Of a stretch of 64,000 nt of DNA, positions 35,960 to 48,960 are shown one piece after another; position 1 is the stretch's first letter, and every line of letters starts with the position of its first letter. The notes beneath the pieces were generated by a model that did no database searches, was not told the DNA's origin, and saw only the letters and a program-made list of their open reading frames with translations. The position numbers and the translations under genes are program-made. Source of the stretch: Felis catus (Eukaryota); NCBI RefSeq assembly GCF_018350175.1, contig NC_058368.1, forward strand, positions 165,294,001 through 165,358,000. Direction: 5' to 3'.

Positions 35960-37440
35960 ATCCTTTAGAACTCACATGCTTTCAAAACTATTTCCTTATA
36001 TCTTCAAATAAGTCTCTAAATTTCCCTTCCTTTTTCTATCTCTACCTGGAACTTAGCTCTCTCTTGAAGACACTGCATCCCCTGCTGCCCTTCTAACTAG
36101 ATAACATTTCCTCTCCTATATCCATATTACCATTGGGGATTAACATAGAGTACATTTCCTTTTTGTTCTTTACTCCTATATCCAGACCATTTTTCCCACT
36201 TTTATAATTACTTCCCTACCCCATCTTTGAAGTGGGGTGGGAAGGTAATTATGTTTATTTCCCCACTCCAGGTACCCCACTTCATTACTTGAAGATTTGA
36301 GTTCTTTCTTCACTGGCAATGTCTCCAAAATACTCTAGTCACATTTTGTTTAATTTTAATATTCAATGACTGATATTTTTCATAATCTCTTCTCTCATTT
36401 ACTCTATCAAACACTAATCTGAGTGCTCCAAAGGGATTTTGCAAATATGATAAAGGTCTCTAATAAATTAGATAAGGTGAGCATCTTGAGTGAAGGTGAC
36501 TTAATTGGGTAAGCCCTTAAAAGGGTCCAGGCTCTTCTTGGTAAAAGTTTAAACATGAAAGGGATTTTTTAGGAGAGATATTTCAACAAGTGGATTTGAA
36601 CATGTAGGGGACCACATGTCAAGGAATGCAGTCCACCTCTATGAGCTGAAAGCAGCCCCAGATGACAGCCAAAACAATATGATAACCTCAGTCCTACAAC
36701 CACAAGGAACTGAAATTTGTCAACATCCTGAATGAGCTTGAAAACAGATGCTTCCCTAGAACTTTGCCAACACCCTGGGATGTTGTTTGTCTGGGGAACC
36801 CAGTCATGCCAACGCTTAAACTTGTGATCTACAGAATTGTGAATAAATGGGCGCTTCACACCTTGACCACCAAGTTTGTGGTCATTTGTGATGTAACAAT
36901 AGAATATTAACAGTCAAACTGAGTCTTCTAAGAGCCTATGAGTTCTTCCATGACCTGTCCAGTCATCCTAAAAGCTCTCACACACTCCCCTTCCCCAAGT
37001 GCTCTTCAGTCAACACTGACTTCTTGGCATTCTTTGAAATCCTGTGAATGTGCAAGCAAGTTCTGAACTCAGACATTTTTTTGCTCTCTTTTCCTAGACT
37101 ATTCTTCCCGAATTATCTGCATGGTTTACTCTTTCACCAACAATAGGTATTTTGTTACATACAATTTCTCAAAGAGACCTTCAGTAGCCTTTTATGTGAA
37201 ATCACAACTACTTTCCCACCTGCAACACGCTGCACATCCCCCTTTACTGTTCCTTTTTTAGTAGAATAGTTATCACCTATACTGTATTACTGTGATATAC
37301 ATTAACCTAATTTGCTTTTATACACTATAAAAAACTTTATTAGTGAAAGGATTTTCCCCCATGTTAAATCATGTATTCCTAATTCCTATGAAAGTATCTA
37401 GCATATAGAAAGTATTTACTGCTTATTTGTAATAAAAATG
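35960..37440 (+). mobile_element. L2 relic (endonuclease region and 3' end) split by a MaLR LTR
   Basis: 'gaagacactgcatcccctgctgccctt' (EDTASPAAL, L2 EN-like) at ~36066, and an L2 3' end 'aaagtatctagcatatag...ttatttgtaataaaaatgaa' at ~37390-37440. Confidence 0.65.
36430..36912 (+). mobile_element. MaLR LTR (MLT1D/E-like)
   Basis: 'cctcagtcctacaaccacaaggaactgaa...tgaatgagcttgaaaacagat' and end 'aagtttgtggtcatttgtgatgtaacaatagaatattaaca'. Confidence 0.85.
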
Positions 37441-39416
37441 AAAAAAAATCCCTTCTCTAATTCTATTGTAAATTCAGTAATCTTGGGTATAAGAGAAGGC
37501 TAAAGAGGTTGTGGCAGTGATAACCAAATTGGGTTTCCTACCTTTTAGAATTTTGGTGACAGATTTTAGGCCCATTCATTCTATGTTTGGGGTATAAAGG
37601 TTATTTAAGGAATCTTTAAAGCTTAAAAACAAGTTATAATTATTGCTAATAAATACTAGCATAAAGATATGTGAATAAACAAGTTTTATAATTATCCAGA
37701 TTAGATTCTGTTTCTATCAATACCATCATGAGTGTTTCTATATACTTATTTTAATTCTAATCAATGAGCAAATAAAATTGAACAATTCCAAAGCACTAAT
37801 CTTTAAGTACAATATGAGATTCGTAATTGGTTATGACAGAGGAGGAAGGACCAACATGGCAGAGAAGTAGGGGATCCGAAGTTCCTTCATCTCACAAACA
37901 AAGCAGTGTTGAAGCTAAAGGACTGTGAACTCCGAGAAACCAAGAGGAAAAGAGCCAGCTGCTTCCAGGGACCCACTGGGACAACCTGACAGGCCATAGG
38001 TGCATGTTTGCTAACTGGAAGAGATAAAACAAATGGAAGAGAGGGATCCCCTTTTGTGGAGAGACAAAGGGAAGAGAAAGAATGGCTCAAGAAGCATAGG
38101 ACTGTATCGGGACAAGAAAAAATATGCCATGGACCATGGAGAAAGAGCCAATCTCTAACTGAGGGGCTTTCTCCAGACCCAGGCCAGCTGCCCAGATTGA
38201 GCACCTGGGGAGGAGAAGAGCCAGTCCCAAACTCGGTGGCTAGGTCAGGGGCACAGTCTGCAGGAGAAAGCGATCCCCTCCATGGAATGCTGTGGGATAG
38301 GACAGGGCCTGCCTGTGCCCACCAGCCTGGACCATAAGTTGGGGCACAGTACTGGGGCACATGGAGTTCGATTCCCAGCCAACCACAAGGGCACATGAGT
38401 TGGCAGAGCAGGACAAACCACCTCGTTTACGCCCATGGCACAGTGAGGACGGCTCAAACAGAGTGGTTTGGGACACCTGGTCCATGGAAGAGAGACTGGG
38501 GTGTCACCATTTTTCTTCCCATCACCAACAAGTTGGGGGGACTTCAGGGAACAGACAGCGGGCCGAGGGTGGAGGAGATACCCACCTACACCAAACCATG
38601 GCCTTTCATTCCTGGTAGCTGCATATCTACTGGACTGGGATTGATGCTGAGGAACCAGAAGGCCCCTCCTCCACACCAGTCCTGTTGAATTGCCTGATTT
38701 AATTCTCAGACATTTCTTATTGTATAGATATATTCTTCTTTCCTTTTCTCCTTTTTATCTCTTCCCTCCTCTAGTGTGGTTACTCTGGTTGTTGGTTTGT
38801 TTAAGCAGATGTATTTAATCCATTCCCTGATACATGTTTCACACCTCCTTCTTTATTCTCCTTTCTCTCTCTCTGGATTAAGCCATATAGTTTCTCTGGA
38901 TAACTTTCTTCTTTTTCTTTTTCCCCACCTCCTTGATTTTTCTTTCTCTTTCTCTCTCTCTCTCTCTGGATTAAGCTGTACAGATTCTCTGGTCAATTTT
39001 TATTCTTTCTTCCCCCCCCCCCCCACACCTGTCATTTCTCTCTTTGTATAGGGGAAGACCTCTTTCATCAGCACCACCTCCACCCTGTTGTTTACTTGTA
39101 GCTGGTGTTCCTGGTGTTTTGCTTTTGGTTTTTTGTTTGTGCATTTGAGTGTTTTTGTTTTCTGTTTGTTTTCCTTTCCAGGGCTACTTCAAGGAACAAA
39201 TCAAAGCACACCTAATGGAGGGTTCAAAACATCACTACCACTAGGGAGATAAAGTAACCAAACTCACAACAGAGAGCAAGTAACTTTCTCCAAAAAATAC
39301 CTCCTGAAGGGCCAGGCCCTGGACGGTGTAGGACTCCCCCTTAATCTAGAAGTGATCACAGGTGCAGGACACATAACAAGCTTTTAAAACACATAGGGGA
39401 CAGAAAACCAGCCAAA

Positions 39417-40300
39417 ATGACAAAACCGAAGAATTTTGCTCACAAGAAATTCTGGGAAGAAATGACACCTAAAGAATTGATCAAAACAGATATAAATATA
39501 ACTGAACAAGAATTTAGAATAAAAGTCATAAAATTGATGGACTTGAAAAAAACATAGAAGACAGCAGAGAATCTATCACTGCAGAGATCAAGGAAATAAA
39601 AAATAGTCACGATGAATGAAAAAAAATGTTGTAAATGAGGGGCAAAATAAACTAGAGGTAGTGACAGCCAGAACTGAAGAGGCAGAGGGGAGAATAGATT
39701 GAACAGATGACAAAATTATGGAAAAAGATGAAGCTGAGAAAAAGAAGTAAAAAATTCTGGATCATGAGGGGAGAATTAGAGAACTAAGTGACTCAATGAA
39801 ATGGAACAATATCCATATATAGGAGTTACAGAAGAAGAAGAGAGAGAAAAAGGGGCCAAAGGTGTGCTTGAACCATTCATGGCTGAGAACTTCCCCAATC
39901 TGGGGAAGGAAACAGACAGTGAAATCCAGGAGACGCAGAGAACTCCCTTCAGACATAACTTGAATCAATCTTCTACACAACATATCATAGTGAAACTGGC
40001 AAAATACAAAGATAAAGAGAGAATTCTGAAAGCAGCTAGGGATAAAGGGCCTTAATCTACAAGTGTAGACACATAAGGGTAGTAACAGACCTATCTACTG
40101 AAACTTAGAAAACCTGAAAGGCATGGCAGGAAATTTTCAATGTGCTGAACAGGAAAAATATGTAGCCAAGAATACTTTATCCAGCAAATCTGTGGTTCAA
40201 AATAGAAGGAGAGATAAAAGTTTTCCCAAACAAACAAGAACTGAAGGAATTCATCACCACTAAACCAGCCCTACAAGAGATCCTAAGGGGGACTCTATGA
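39417..40300 (+). pseudogene. L1 ORF1p pseudogene
   Basis: ATG at 39417; fragment 'IGVTEEEEREKG...MAENFPNLGKE...QHIIVKLAKYKDKERILKAAR'; interrupted by stops and frameshifts. Confidence 0.92.
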
Positions 40301-40361
40301 GTATTGCAAAGACCACAAAGGACCAGAGACATCACTACAAGCATGAAGCCTACAGATAACA

Positions 40362-43300
40362 CAGTGAATCTAATACCATATTTTTCAATAATAACACTGA
40401 ATGTAAATGGACTAAATGCTCCAGTAAAAAGACATAGGGTATCATAATGGATAAAAAAAAATAAGACTCATCTATTTGCTGTCTACAAGAGACCCATTTT
40501 AGATCCAAAGACACCTTCAGATTGAAAGTGAGGGGATGGAGAACCATCTGTCATGCTACTGGAAGTCAAAAGAAAGCTGGAGTAGCCATACTTACATCAG
40601 ATAAACTAGATTTTAAACTAGACTGTAAAAGAGATTAAGAAGGGTATTATATAATAATTATGGAGTCTATCCATCAAGAAGAGCTAACAATGATAAATGT
40701 CTATGCACTGAATTTGGAGGCACCCAAATATATAAAACAATTAATCAGAAACCTAAGCAATGTAATTGGTAAAAATGTGGTAATTGCAAAGGACTTTAAT
40801 ATCCCCACTTACAGCAATGGACAGATCATCTAGACAGAAAATCAATATAGAAACAATGTCCTTGAATGATACACTGGACCAAATGGGCTTGACACATATA
40901 TTTAGAACTTTTCATCCAAAAGCAGAATATACATTCTTCTCAAGTGCACATGGAACATTCTCCAAGATAGATCACATTCTGGGTCGCAAAACATCACTCA
41001 ATAAATATAATATAAGGGAGATCATACCATGCACACTTTCAGATCACAATTCTATGAAACTAGAAATCAGCCACAGGAAAAAGTTTGGAAAACCTCAAAT
41101 ACATGCAGGTTAAAGAACATCCTACTAAGGCACGAATGGGCAACCAGGCAGTTAAAGAAGAAATTAAAAATATATATATATGGAAACAAACTAAAATGAA
41201 AACACCACAATTCTACAAGTGTAGAAAAGGCAGTCCTAAGAGGAAAATATATTGCAATCCAGGCCTATCTCAACAAACAAGAAAAATCCCAAATACAAAA
41301 TCTAACACACCTAAAAGAACTAGAAGCAGAACAACAAAGAAACTCCAAACCCAGCAGAAGAAGATAAATAATAAAAGATCATAGCAGAAATAAACAATAC
41401 AGAATAAAAAAAAGTAGAGCAGATCAATGAAACTAAGAGTTGGTGTTTTGAAAAAATAAACAAAATAGATAAACCCCTAGCCAGATTTGTTCAAGGAGTC
41501 TCTCTTGTTCAAAAGAAAAGAGAGAAGACCCAAATAGATAAAATCATGAATGAAAATGGATTTATTACAACCAATCTCTCAGAAATACAAGAAGTTATCA
41601 GAGAATACTATGGAAAATTATATGCCAACAAAATGGACAACCTGGAAGAAATGGAAAAATTCCTAGACACCCACACACTACCAAAACTCAAACGGGAAGA
41701 AATAGAAAATTTGAACAGACCCTAACTAGTGAAGAAATTGAATCAGTTATCAACAATCTCCCAACAAATGAGAGTCCTAGACCAGATGGCTTTCCTGGGG
41801 AATTCTACCAGACATTTAAAGCAGAGTTAATACCTATACTTCTCAAGCTGTTCCAAAAAATAGAAATGGAAGGAAAACTTCCTGACTCATTCTATGAAGC
41901 CAGCATTACCTTGATTCCTAAACCAGACAGAGACCCCACAAAAAAGAACTATAGGCCAATATCCCTGAGGAACATGGATGCAAAAATTCTCAACAAGATA
42001 CTAGCAAATCAAACTCAACAGCATATAGAAAGAATTATTCACCATGATCAAGTGGGATTCATTCCTGGGCTGCAGGGCTGGTTCAATATTGACAAATCAA
42101 CCAATGTGATACATCACATTTTAAAAGAAAGGATAAGAACCATATGGTCCTTCCAATTGATAAGAAAAAGCATTTGACAAAATACATCTTTTTTTAAATA
42201 AAAACTCTCAAACTCTCAAGAATGTTGGGATAGAAGGAACATACTTAAACATCATAAAAGCTATATATGAAAAGCCCACAGCTAATATCATCCTCAATGA
42301 GGAAAAACTGAGAGCCTTCCCCCTGAAATCAGGAACACCACAGGCATGTCTGCTCTCACTACTGTTGGCATAGTGTTAAACATACTGTTTAACATAGTGT
42401 TGGAAGTCCTAGCATTAGCAATCAAACAAAATGAAAAATAAAAGGCATCAAAATTGGAAAAGAACAAGTCAAATTTTCACTTTTCACAGATAACATGATA
42501 CTCTACATGGAAAACCCAAAAGACTCCACCAAAAGACTCCTAGAACTGATATATGAATTCAGCAAAGTTGCCAGGTACAAAATCAATGTACAGAAATCCG
42601 CTGCATTTTTTTTACACTGATAATGAAGTAACAGAAAGAGAAATAAACTGATCCATTTACCATTCCACCAAGAACCATAAAATACCTAGTAATAAACCTA
42701 ACCAGACATGTAAAAGACCTGTATGCTGAAAACCATAGAAAGCTTATGAAGGAAATTGAAGAAGACACAAAAAAAAATGGAAAAACATTCCATGCTCATG
42801 GATCAGAAGAATATTGTTAAAATGTCAATACTACCCAAAGCTATCTACACATTCAATGCAATCCCAATCAAAATTGCACCAGCATTCTTCTCGAAGCTAG
42901 AACAAGCAATCCTAAAATTTGCATGGAACCACAAAAGACCCCGAATAGCCAAAGTAATATTGAAGAAGAAAACCAAAGTGGGAGGCATCACAATCCCAGA
43001 CTTTAGCCTCTACTACAAAGCTGTAATCATCAAGACAGTATGGTATTGGCACAAAAACAGACACATAGGTCAATGGAACAGAATAGAGACCCCAGGGGCG
43101 CCTGGGCGGCTCGGTCGGTTGAGCGTCCGACTTCGGCTCAGGTCATGATCTCACAGCTTGTGAGTTCGAGCCCCGCGTAGGGCTCTGTGCTGACAGCTCA
43201 GAGCCTGGAGCCTGCTTCTGCTTCTGTGTCTCCCTCTCTCTCTGCCCCTAACTCACTCACATTCTGTCTCTCTCTCAAAAATAAACATAAAAAAAATTAA

Positions 43301-44390
43301 AAAAAAAGAATAGAGAACCCAGAATTGGACCCACAAATGTATGGCCAACTAATCTTTGAGAAAGCTGAAAAGAGCATTTAATGGAAAAAAGTCTCTTTAG
43401 CAAATGGTGCTGGGATAACTGGACAGCAACATGCAGAGGAATGAAACTGGACCACCTTCTTATATCATATACAAAAATAAACTCAAAATGGATGAAAGAC
43501 CTAAATGTGAGACAGGAAACCATCAAAACACTGGAGGAGAAAGCAGCAACAGAGAAAGCAAGCCACAGCAATTCCTTACTCAACACATATCCAAAGGCAA
43601 GGGAATTAAAAGCAAAAATGAACTATTGTGACCTCATCAAGATAAAAAGCTTCTGCACTGCAAAGGAAACAGTCAACAAAACTAAAAAGCCACCGATGGA
43701 GTCAGAAAAACTATTTGCAAATAACATATCAGATAAAGGGCTAGTATCCAAAATCTATAAAGAACTTACCAAACTCCACACACAAAAAAACAAATAATCC
43801 AGTCAAGAAATGGGCAGAAGACATGAATAGACACTTTTCCAAAAAGACATCCAGATGGCCAACAGACATATGAAAAGATGCCCAATGTCACTCATCATCA
43901 GGGAAATACAAGTCAAAGTCACACTGCGATACCACCTCACACTGGTCAGAGTGGCTAAAATGAACCAATGAGGAAACTACAGATGCTGGTGAGGCTGTGG
44001 AGAAACGGGAACCCTCTTGCACTGTTGGTGGGAATGCAAACTGGTGCAGCCGCTCTGGAAAATAGTGTGGAGGTTTCTCAAAGAATTAAAAATAGAGCTA
44101 CCATATGACCCAGCAATAGTACTACTAGGATTTACCTAAGGGATACAGGAATGCTGATGCATAGGGGCACATGTACCCCAACGTTTATAGCAGCACTTTC
44201 AACAATAGCTAAATTATGGAAAGAGCCTAAATGTCCCTCAACTGATAAATGGATAAAGAAGATGTGGTTTATATATTCAATGGAATACTACCTGGCAATG
44301 AGAAAGAATGAAATCATGCCATTTGCAGCAACATGGATAGAACTGGAAGGTATTATGCTGAGTGAAATAAGTCAAAGAAGGACAGATATC
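40362..44390 (+). pseudogene. L1 ORF2p (endonuclease / reverse transcriptase) pseudogene
   Basis: ITLNVNGLNAP start, 'YTFFSSAHGTFSKIDHIL', '[12 protein letters not shown]...YRPISL', '[10 protein letters not shown]', '[14 protein letters not shown]'; catalytic FADD reads FTDN at 42483-42494. Confidence 0.95.
43095..43306 (+). mobile_element. Felid CanSINE inserted in L1 ORF2
   Basis: TSD agaatagagacccca (43080-43094) / agaatagagaaccca (43307-43321). Confidence 0.97.
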
Positions 44391-44827
44391 ATGTTTTCAC
44401 TCATATGTGGATCTTGAGAAACTTAACAGAAGACCATGGGGGAATGGAAGGGGGGAAAATAGATACAAACAGAGAGGGAAGGGAGGCAAACACAAGAGAC
44501 TATTAAATACAGAGAACAAACTAAGGGTGGATGGGGGTGGGGGAGGGGGAAAATGGGTGATGGGCGTTGAGGAGGGCACTTGTTGGGATGAGCACTGGGT
44601 GTTGTATGTAAGCCAATTTGACAATAAATTATAGTCATAAAAAAACAGAAGTTGATCTTTGACACCAATTCTATCACTTCTGCAGGTACTTTATCACCTA
44701 GCTACCTAGCTTTATAGTAGTTAAAAGTATATACATGCATTCTACACTCACGGAACTATTAGATGCATAAAACAGTTGTTCAAGTGTTTCCAACTTTTCC
44801 CAAATTCTTACATTTTTATAGTGAGAT

Positions 44828-44846
44828 CACACAGACAGACAGACAG

Positions 44847-44878
<32 letters not shown>

Positions 44879-44885
44879 ACACACA
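44828..44885. repeat. (CAGA)n(CA)n microsatellite
   Basis: Seen directly in the sequence. Confidence 0.95.
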
Positions 44886-46549
44886 TGCATTTTTCTTCAA
44901 AATAACTTGATTCCTTCCCTTGTAAATGTCTTTGAGCAAAGCATATTTCCTCCTTACATATAAACTGCCCTCTTCAATATTAATTATTGCATAATAGCAT
45001 AATACTGTTTATATCAGCATTTCTTCAATATATGCTACTTTACCAGATTTTTAAGAAAAATGCCAATTCCTGAGATTTTAAAAAAAATATGTGTACATAA
45101 AATTTAGGTGTATAACAATAAATGGAGACTTATTTCTCTTTGATTTATATATTATAGAGAAGTATGATTTTATTAGTATGATTATAAGACTATTCACAGC
45201 TACTCATAATACCTCTAAAAATGACCTTCTACTATATTTGTGTTTAATAACCACTCCCATGTTTGTCTTACATGTAAAACTGACTAAACTGGCAAATATT
45301 GCTCTTTTAATTTGTCCATGATTTCCAAAGCTCCATACACATGATAAATCAACATCTGTACCTGATTCATCTTTTATATATACCTGTGACTCCATTTTTT
45401 CATGCCGTATTTCCAAAGTATTTTTCTCTAACTTCTAATATGTGCCTGTAGGAAAACACCTGGAAATGAAGATACATATTTTGATCCTACTGTGTAGATC
45501 AACCACATTTCTGCTTGTCCCAACAATTTTCAACTTGCTGGTAGATAAAAAAAAGTGATGCACATTTCATCATCACAGAATGTACTACACAAACCTATCC
45601 CGGTTAGCTCAAAACACATTCTTAGAAGGCATGCTGGGACTCAGTTGGCTACAGTATGATGGAGAAAAAAAAAAAAGGAAGACTCATTCACACATAAAAA
45701 AGCAATGAACTGAAAACCAGGACAATCTCTGATTCTATTTCTGGTTTTCCCACTAATCCCCTCATTCGCTCTGTTAATTCTAGAAACATGCTTAACAGCT
45801 CAGTGAAATCAGGAGGTAAGACTATCAGAGATTTTAAACTGGCAAGCTATATTTCTGTTTAGTCCAAAATTGAATATTGTTCCTAAAATAGTCTGGCTTT
45901 CTAGCTTTTCCTGAAAAAATATCAGATGGTGGGGAAAGTCTATGTTCCTATTCTTGCAAGGCATGACAGTGTTTGCTTTCAGAGGGACACCCTCTTGAGC
46001 TACCACACCCCCAATTCTCCTAGGAACACAGGGCCTACTTTACTCCCTTTTGATATTTTCTTGCCTCTGAATATATTTGTATTCACAACACACAGACTAA
46101 TGATTTCTTCAGTCCCTTCCTGTTGTAAAACAGTTAAGAATTTGTAACTTTTCTTCAAAATGCTACATTGACTTCCTACTGTTGCAAATCATAGGTCTCC
46201 TCAGGTTGAAACCTGTAGGAACTTTTGGGAACTTCCTTAAAAGGATGGAAGTGTGTTAAGAGGATTTGAATATATTTTATTGAGATGATTGGTTTTGATA
46301 ATGAATGTGTCCTGACATGAAGTCCTGGATTAAAGGCCCAGTTGGGGGTTAAGTTGCCAATGGGGCCAAAGGGTGAAGGAGAGCCTAACATTTAACACAG
46401 ACAATACCTGAATGTGGAAACCAAGGTAATGGGAATACTTTAGCAATGGCAGGAGGCAGTCTACTGTGATGGAGGCTTCACCAACTCAGCTGTGTGCCTC
46501 AAGCCAGCCTGGTATCTGATAGGAATGTTGATGAGTCATAGGGTTAAAC

Positions 46550-46611
46550 TGCTATGTGTTACTAGACAGAAAATTTAGTGTGCTATGTGTTACTAGACAG
46601 AAAATTTAGTG
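46550..46611. repeat. Perfect 31-bp tandem duplication
   Basis: tgctatgtgttactagacagaaaatttagtg at 46550-46580 and 46581-46611. Confidence 0.97.
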
Positions 46612-47123
46612 TTGATGTTAGCTTTTAAATGCTAATAAAAAACTATAATTTAGCATCTGAGATTTATTCAAAATTACTGGCACTTTCCTTTTAGTTTGTG
46701 AAGAGATAGGAGTTGAGGTTATCTAATTCAGTATTTGATCTGTGTTCAGGGTCATGTTGATAAGAAAATCCTAAACATGATAAAAATAGGAACTAAAATA
46801 GTCTTTCACTATTTAAACATATCTCCAATTCATATTCAACTTGGGGGACAGAAAAATTGGTAGTTCATTTTCACAGGAAGAAATGGTGGCACAGAATGTT
46901 ATCTTGGTTTTAAATATAATGGTTTTCCTCCAAATCCTTAAGATGATACTACGAACAGTGGCCACCATCCATTTCCCATATAGCTACCACACTCTTTTAA
47001 AACTTAATTCAGATTATATCACTTCCTTAAATAAAATCTTATTCTCAATGCTTTAAAACAAAATCTGAAGCTCATTATTATGAATCAATACCCTTTTGGT
47101 ATTTTTCAGTAGGGAAGGGACGA

Positions 47124-47302
47124 TGGTGGTTCTACCACCATTTTGAGTAAAACAATTCTGCCTTATGAGGGATTGTCCCTTGCACTGTGGGTTGGTTACC
47201 ATCACTGCTCCATGAGCATGAAATGCCAGCAGACCCTCACCCCATACATTTCCAAATGGCTCCAAAGTAGAAAGGGACTGCATACCCTCTTTGCAACTAT
47301 TG
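47124..47302. mobile_element. hAT-Charlie (MER20-like) non-autonomous DNA transposon relic
   Basis: Decayed TIRs 'gtggttct' / 'gcaactattg' and internal 'acaattct...gggattgtccc...aaatgccag...acatttccaaat'. Confidence 0.55.
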
Positions 47303-48241
47303 AGCAGAGGAGAAGTAATCCCTGTCAATCTTGCTGATTTTGTGTACCAGATTCTTTTAAGTACAACAAAGTTCCATGAGATGAGAGTTTTGCATTGCTT
47401 TTGATATGGTACGCTCATTTTAATCCTCTAAGGTTAAAGTTCTATTTCCTTACAGTACTCTTCACTGACCATCCTTTCTAAGCAGACTCAATTCAACCTC
47501 AGCCCATTGTGTGACATCACTTTGTTGACTCCTTCCACTGATTCCTCCTCCTTCTTCCTGTTTTTTTTTTCCTCTCTCCCTCTTTCTCTCAACACACTCA
47601 TACATACATCCCTTTATTGTTTTTAAATTTACATCTGAAAGCCAGTGGCATGTGTGCAGAAAAGTTTGCTGAACACCCTACCCCCATTTTTAAAGAACTG
47701 GTGTACATTTATAGTTTATAAAGAAACAAAAGCTTGAAACTGAACTGCAGGTGAGACTCATAATATCCTAATACTTTACAGCAAGAACTGGTATCTGTTA
47801 TTAAGATAACCCCCTCCCTTTTGTGCATTCAAGTCTAGTAAGACCTGTGAGGGCTTATTACTATTACTTAATTCACAAAACTCAGTGTTCATGTGACCTC
47901 TGTGAATAACAGTGAGTAGAGACACAGAGCCAGAGTCCCTCAATTACAGTTATTTCAGTGCTAGGCCTCCACGGGACAGGGATACAAATGAAACTCTTCC
48001 TTACTAAAATGTTGAAGTCATTCCACCATAGTGATTTTACCTCTCCTCTCCCAAGGGATTTAGAAATTTCAATAAGCAACTTCTCAGCCACGTAAGTTTT
48101 AAATATTAAGGAGAAACTCTATGTTGGTCCTTTAAAAATGTATGATTGTAGGTTATTGTGTGAGGTATTTTAAAGGCATATAGTATAAGTTTTAGATCTT
48201 TAGTAGCAAAGTTTATGTTAAGTATTAAGAATTACATTCTT

Positions 48242-48461
48242 GGGGCGCCTGGGTGGCTCAGTTGGTTGGGCTCCAACTTTGGCTCAGATCATGATCTCGC
48301 GGTCCCTGAGTTTGAGCCCGGCATCGGGCTCTGGGCTGAGAGCTCAGAGCCTGGAGCCTGTTTCGGATTCTGTGTCTCCCTCTCTCTCTGCTCCTCCCCT
48401 GCTCATGCTCTGTCTCTCTCTGTCTCAAAAATAAATAAATGTTAAAAAAAATTAAAAAAAA
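48242..48461 (+). mobile_element. Felid CanSINE
   Basis: Perfect TSD aagaattacattctt (48227-48241 / 48462-48476). Confidence 0.97.
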
Positions 48462-48544
48462 AAGAATTACATTCTTAATATGATTGCATTTTCAGGTCAT
48501 TTTAATACATCTTGGTCTTGGATAACATTTTAAAATTTTGATAT

Positions 48545-48660
48545 GCTGTGCAGTTTATAAAGCATTTTAAAATATATTATCTCATTTAATTCTCACAACT
48601 CTAAGTGCAGGCATTATTAAATACTTTCCCCCATAATTTTTATTAGGGCAATTTTAGAAG
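48545..48660 (-). mobile_element. MIR fragment
   Basis: 'tttataaagcatttt...tattatctcatttaattctcacaac'. Confidence 0.6.
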
Positions 48661-48816
48661 TACACCAAAAGCTACTTCTTTGACCTCAACTTCTTCTTGC
48701 TCCAACTCACCATGACAGATAATCCTTTAAATAAAATTATATCTAAATGTTTAATCCAAGTCCAATATTGCCAAAATCCTTCAGCTTTCCTAATAAATGA
48801 AAATGAGCAGTAAGTA

Positions 48817-48960
48817 AGGGTGACCATTTGTCAGAGTTTGCCTGGGACATACCAGTTTATGCCTATTTGTCCTGTTTCCTCTGAGTTCTTATTGGTATAT
48901 TATCTGTCCCACTCTTCTCACTTTCAAGTGTATTCTGGCTTCAATAATAAACTAATATTA
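48817..48960. mobile_element. hAT-Blackjack (MER81/MER94-like) relic
   Basis: Terminus 'agggtgaccatttgtcagagtttgcctgggacataccagtttatgcct'. Confidence 0.6.

Larger units (their letters stand above)
37836..44645 (+). mobile_element. Full-length felid LINE-1, inactivated
   Basis: GC-rich 5'UTR starting 'ggaggaaggaccaacatggc', ORF1, ORF2 (EN, RT, Cys regions), 3'UTR with G-tract and AATAAA; many stops and frameshifts and a SINE insertion. Confidence 0.97.

Noticed and set aside
38855..38995. Two-copy repeat 'tctctctctggattaagc...tctctgg' and the 16-bp duplication at 18376-18407
   Set aside because: Both lie inside L1 5'UTRs, where internal tandem repeats are ordinary.
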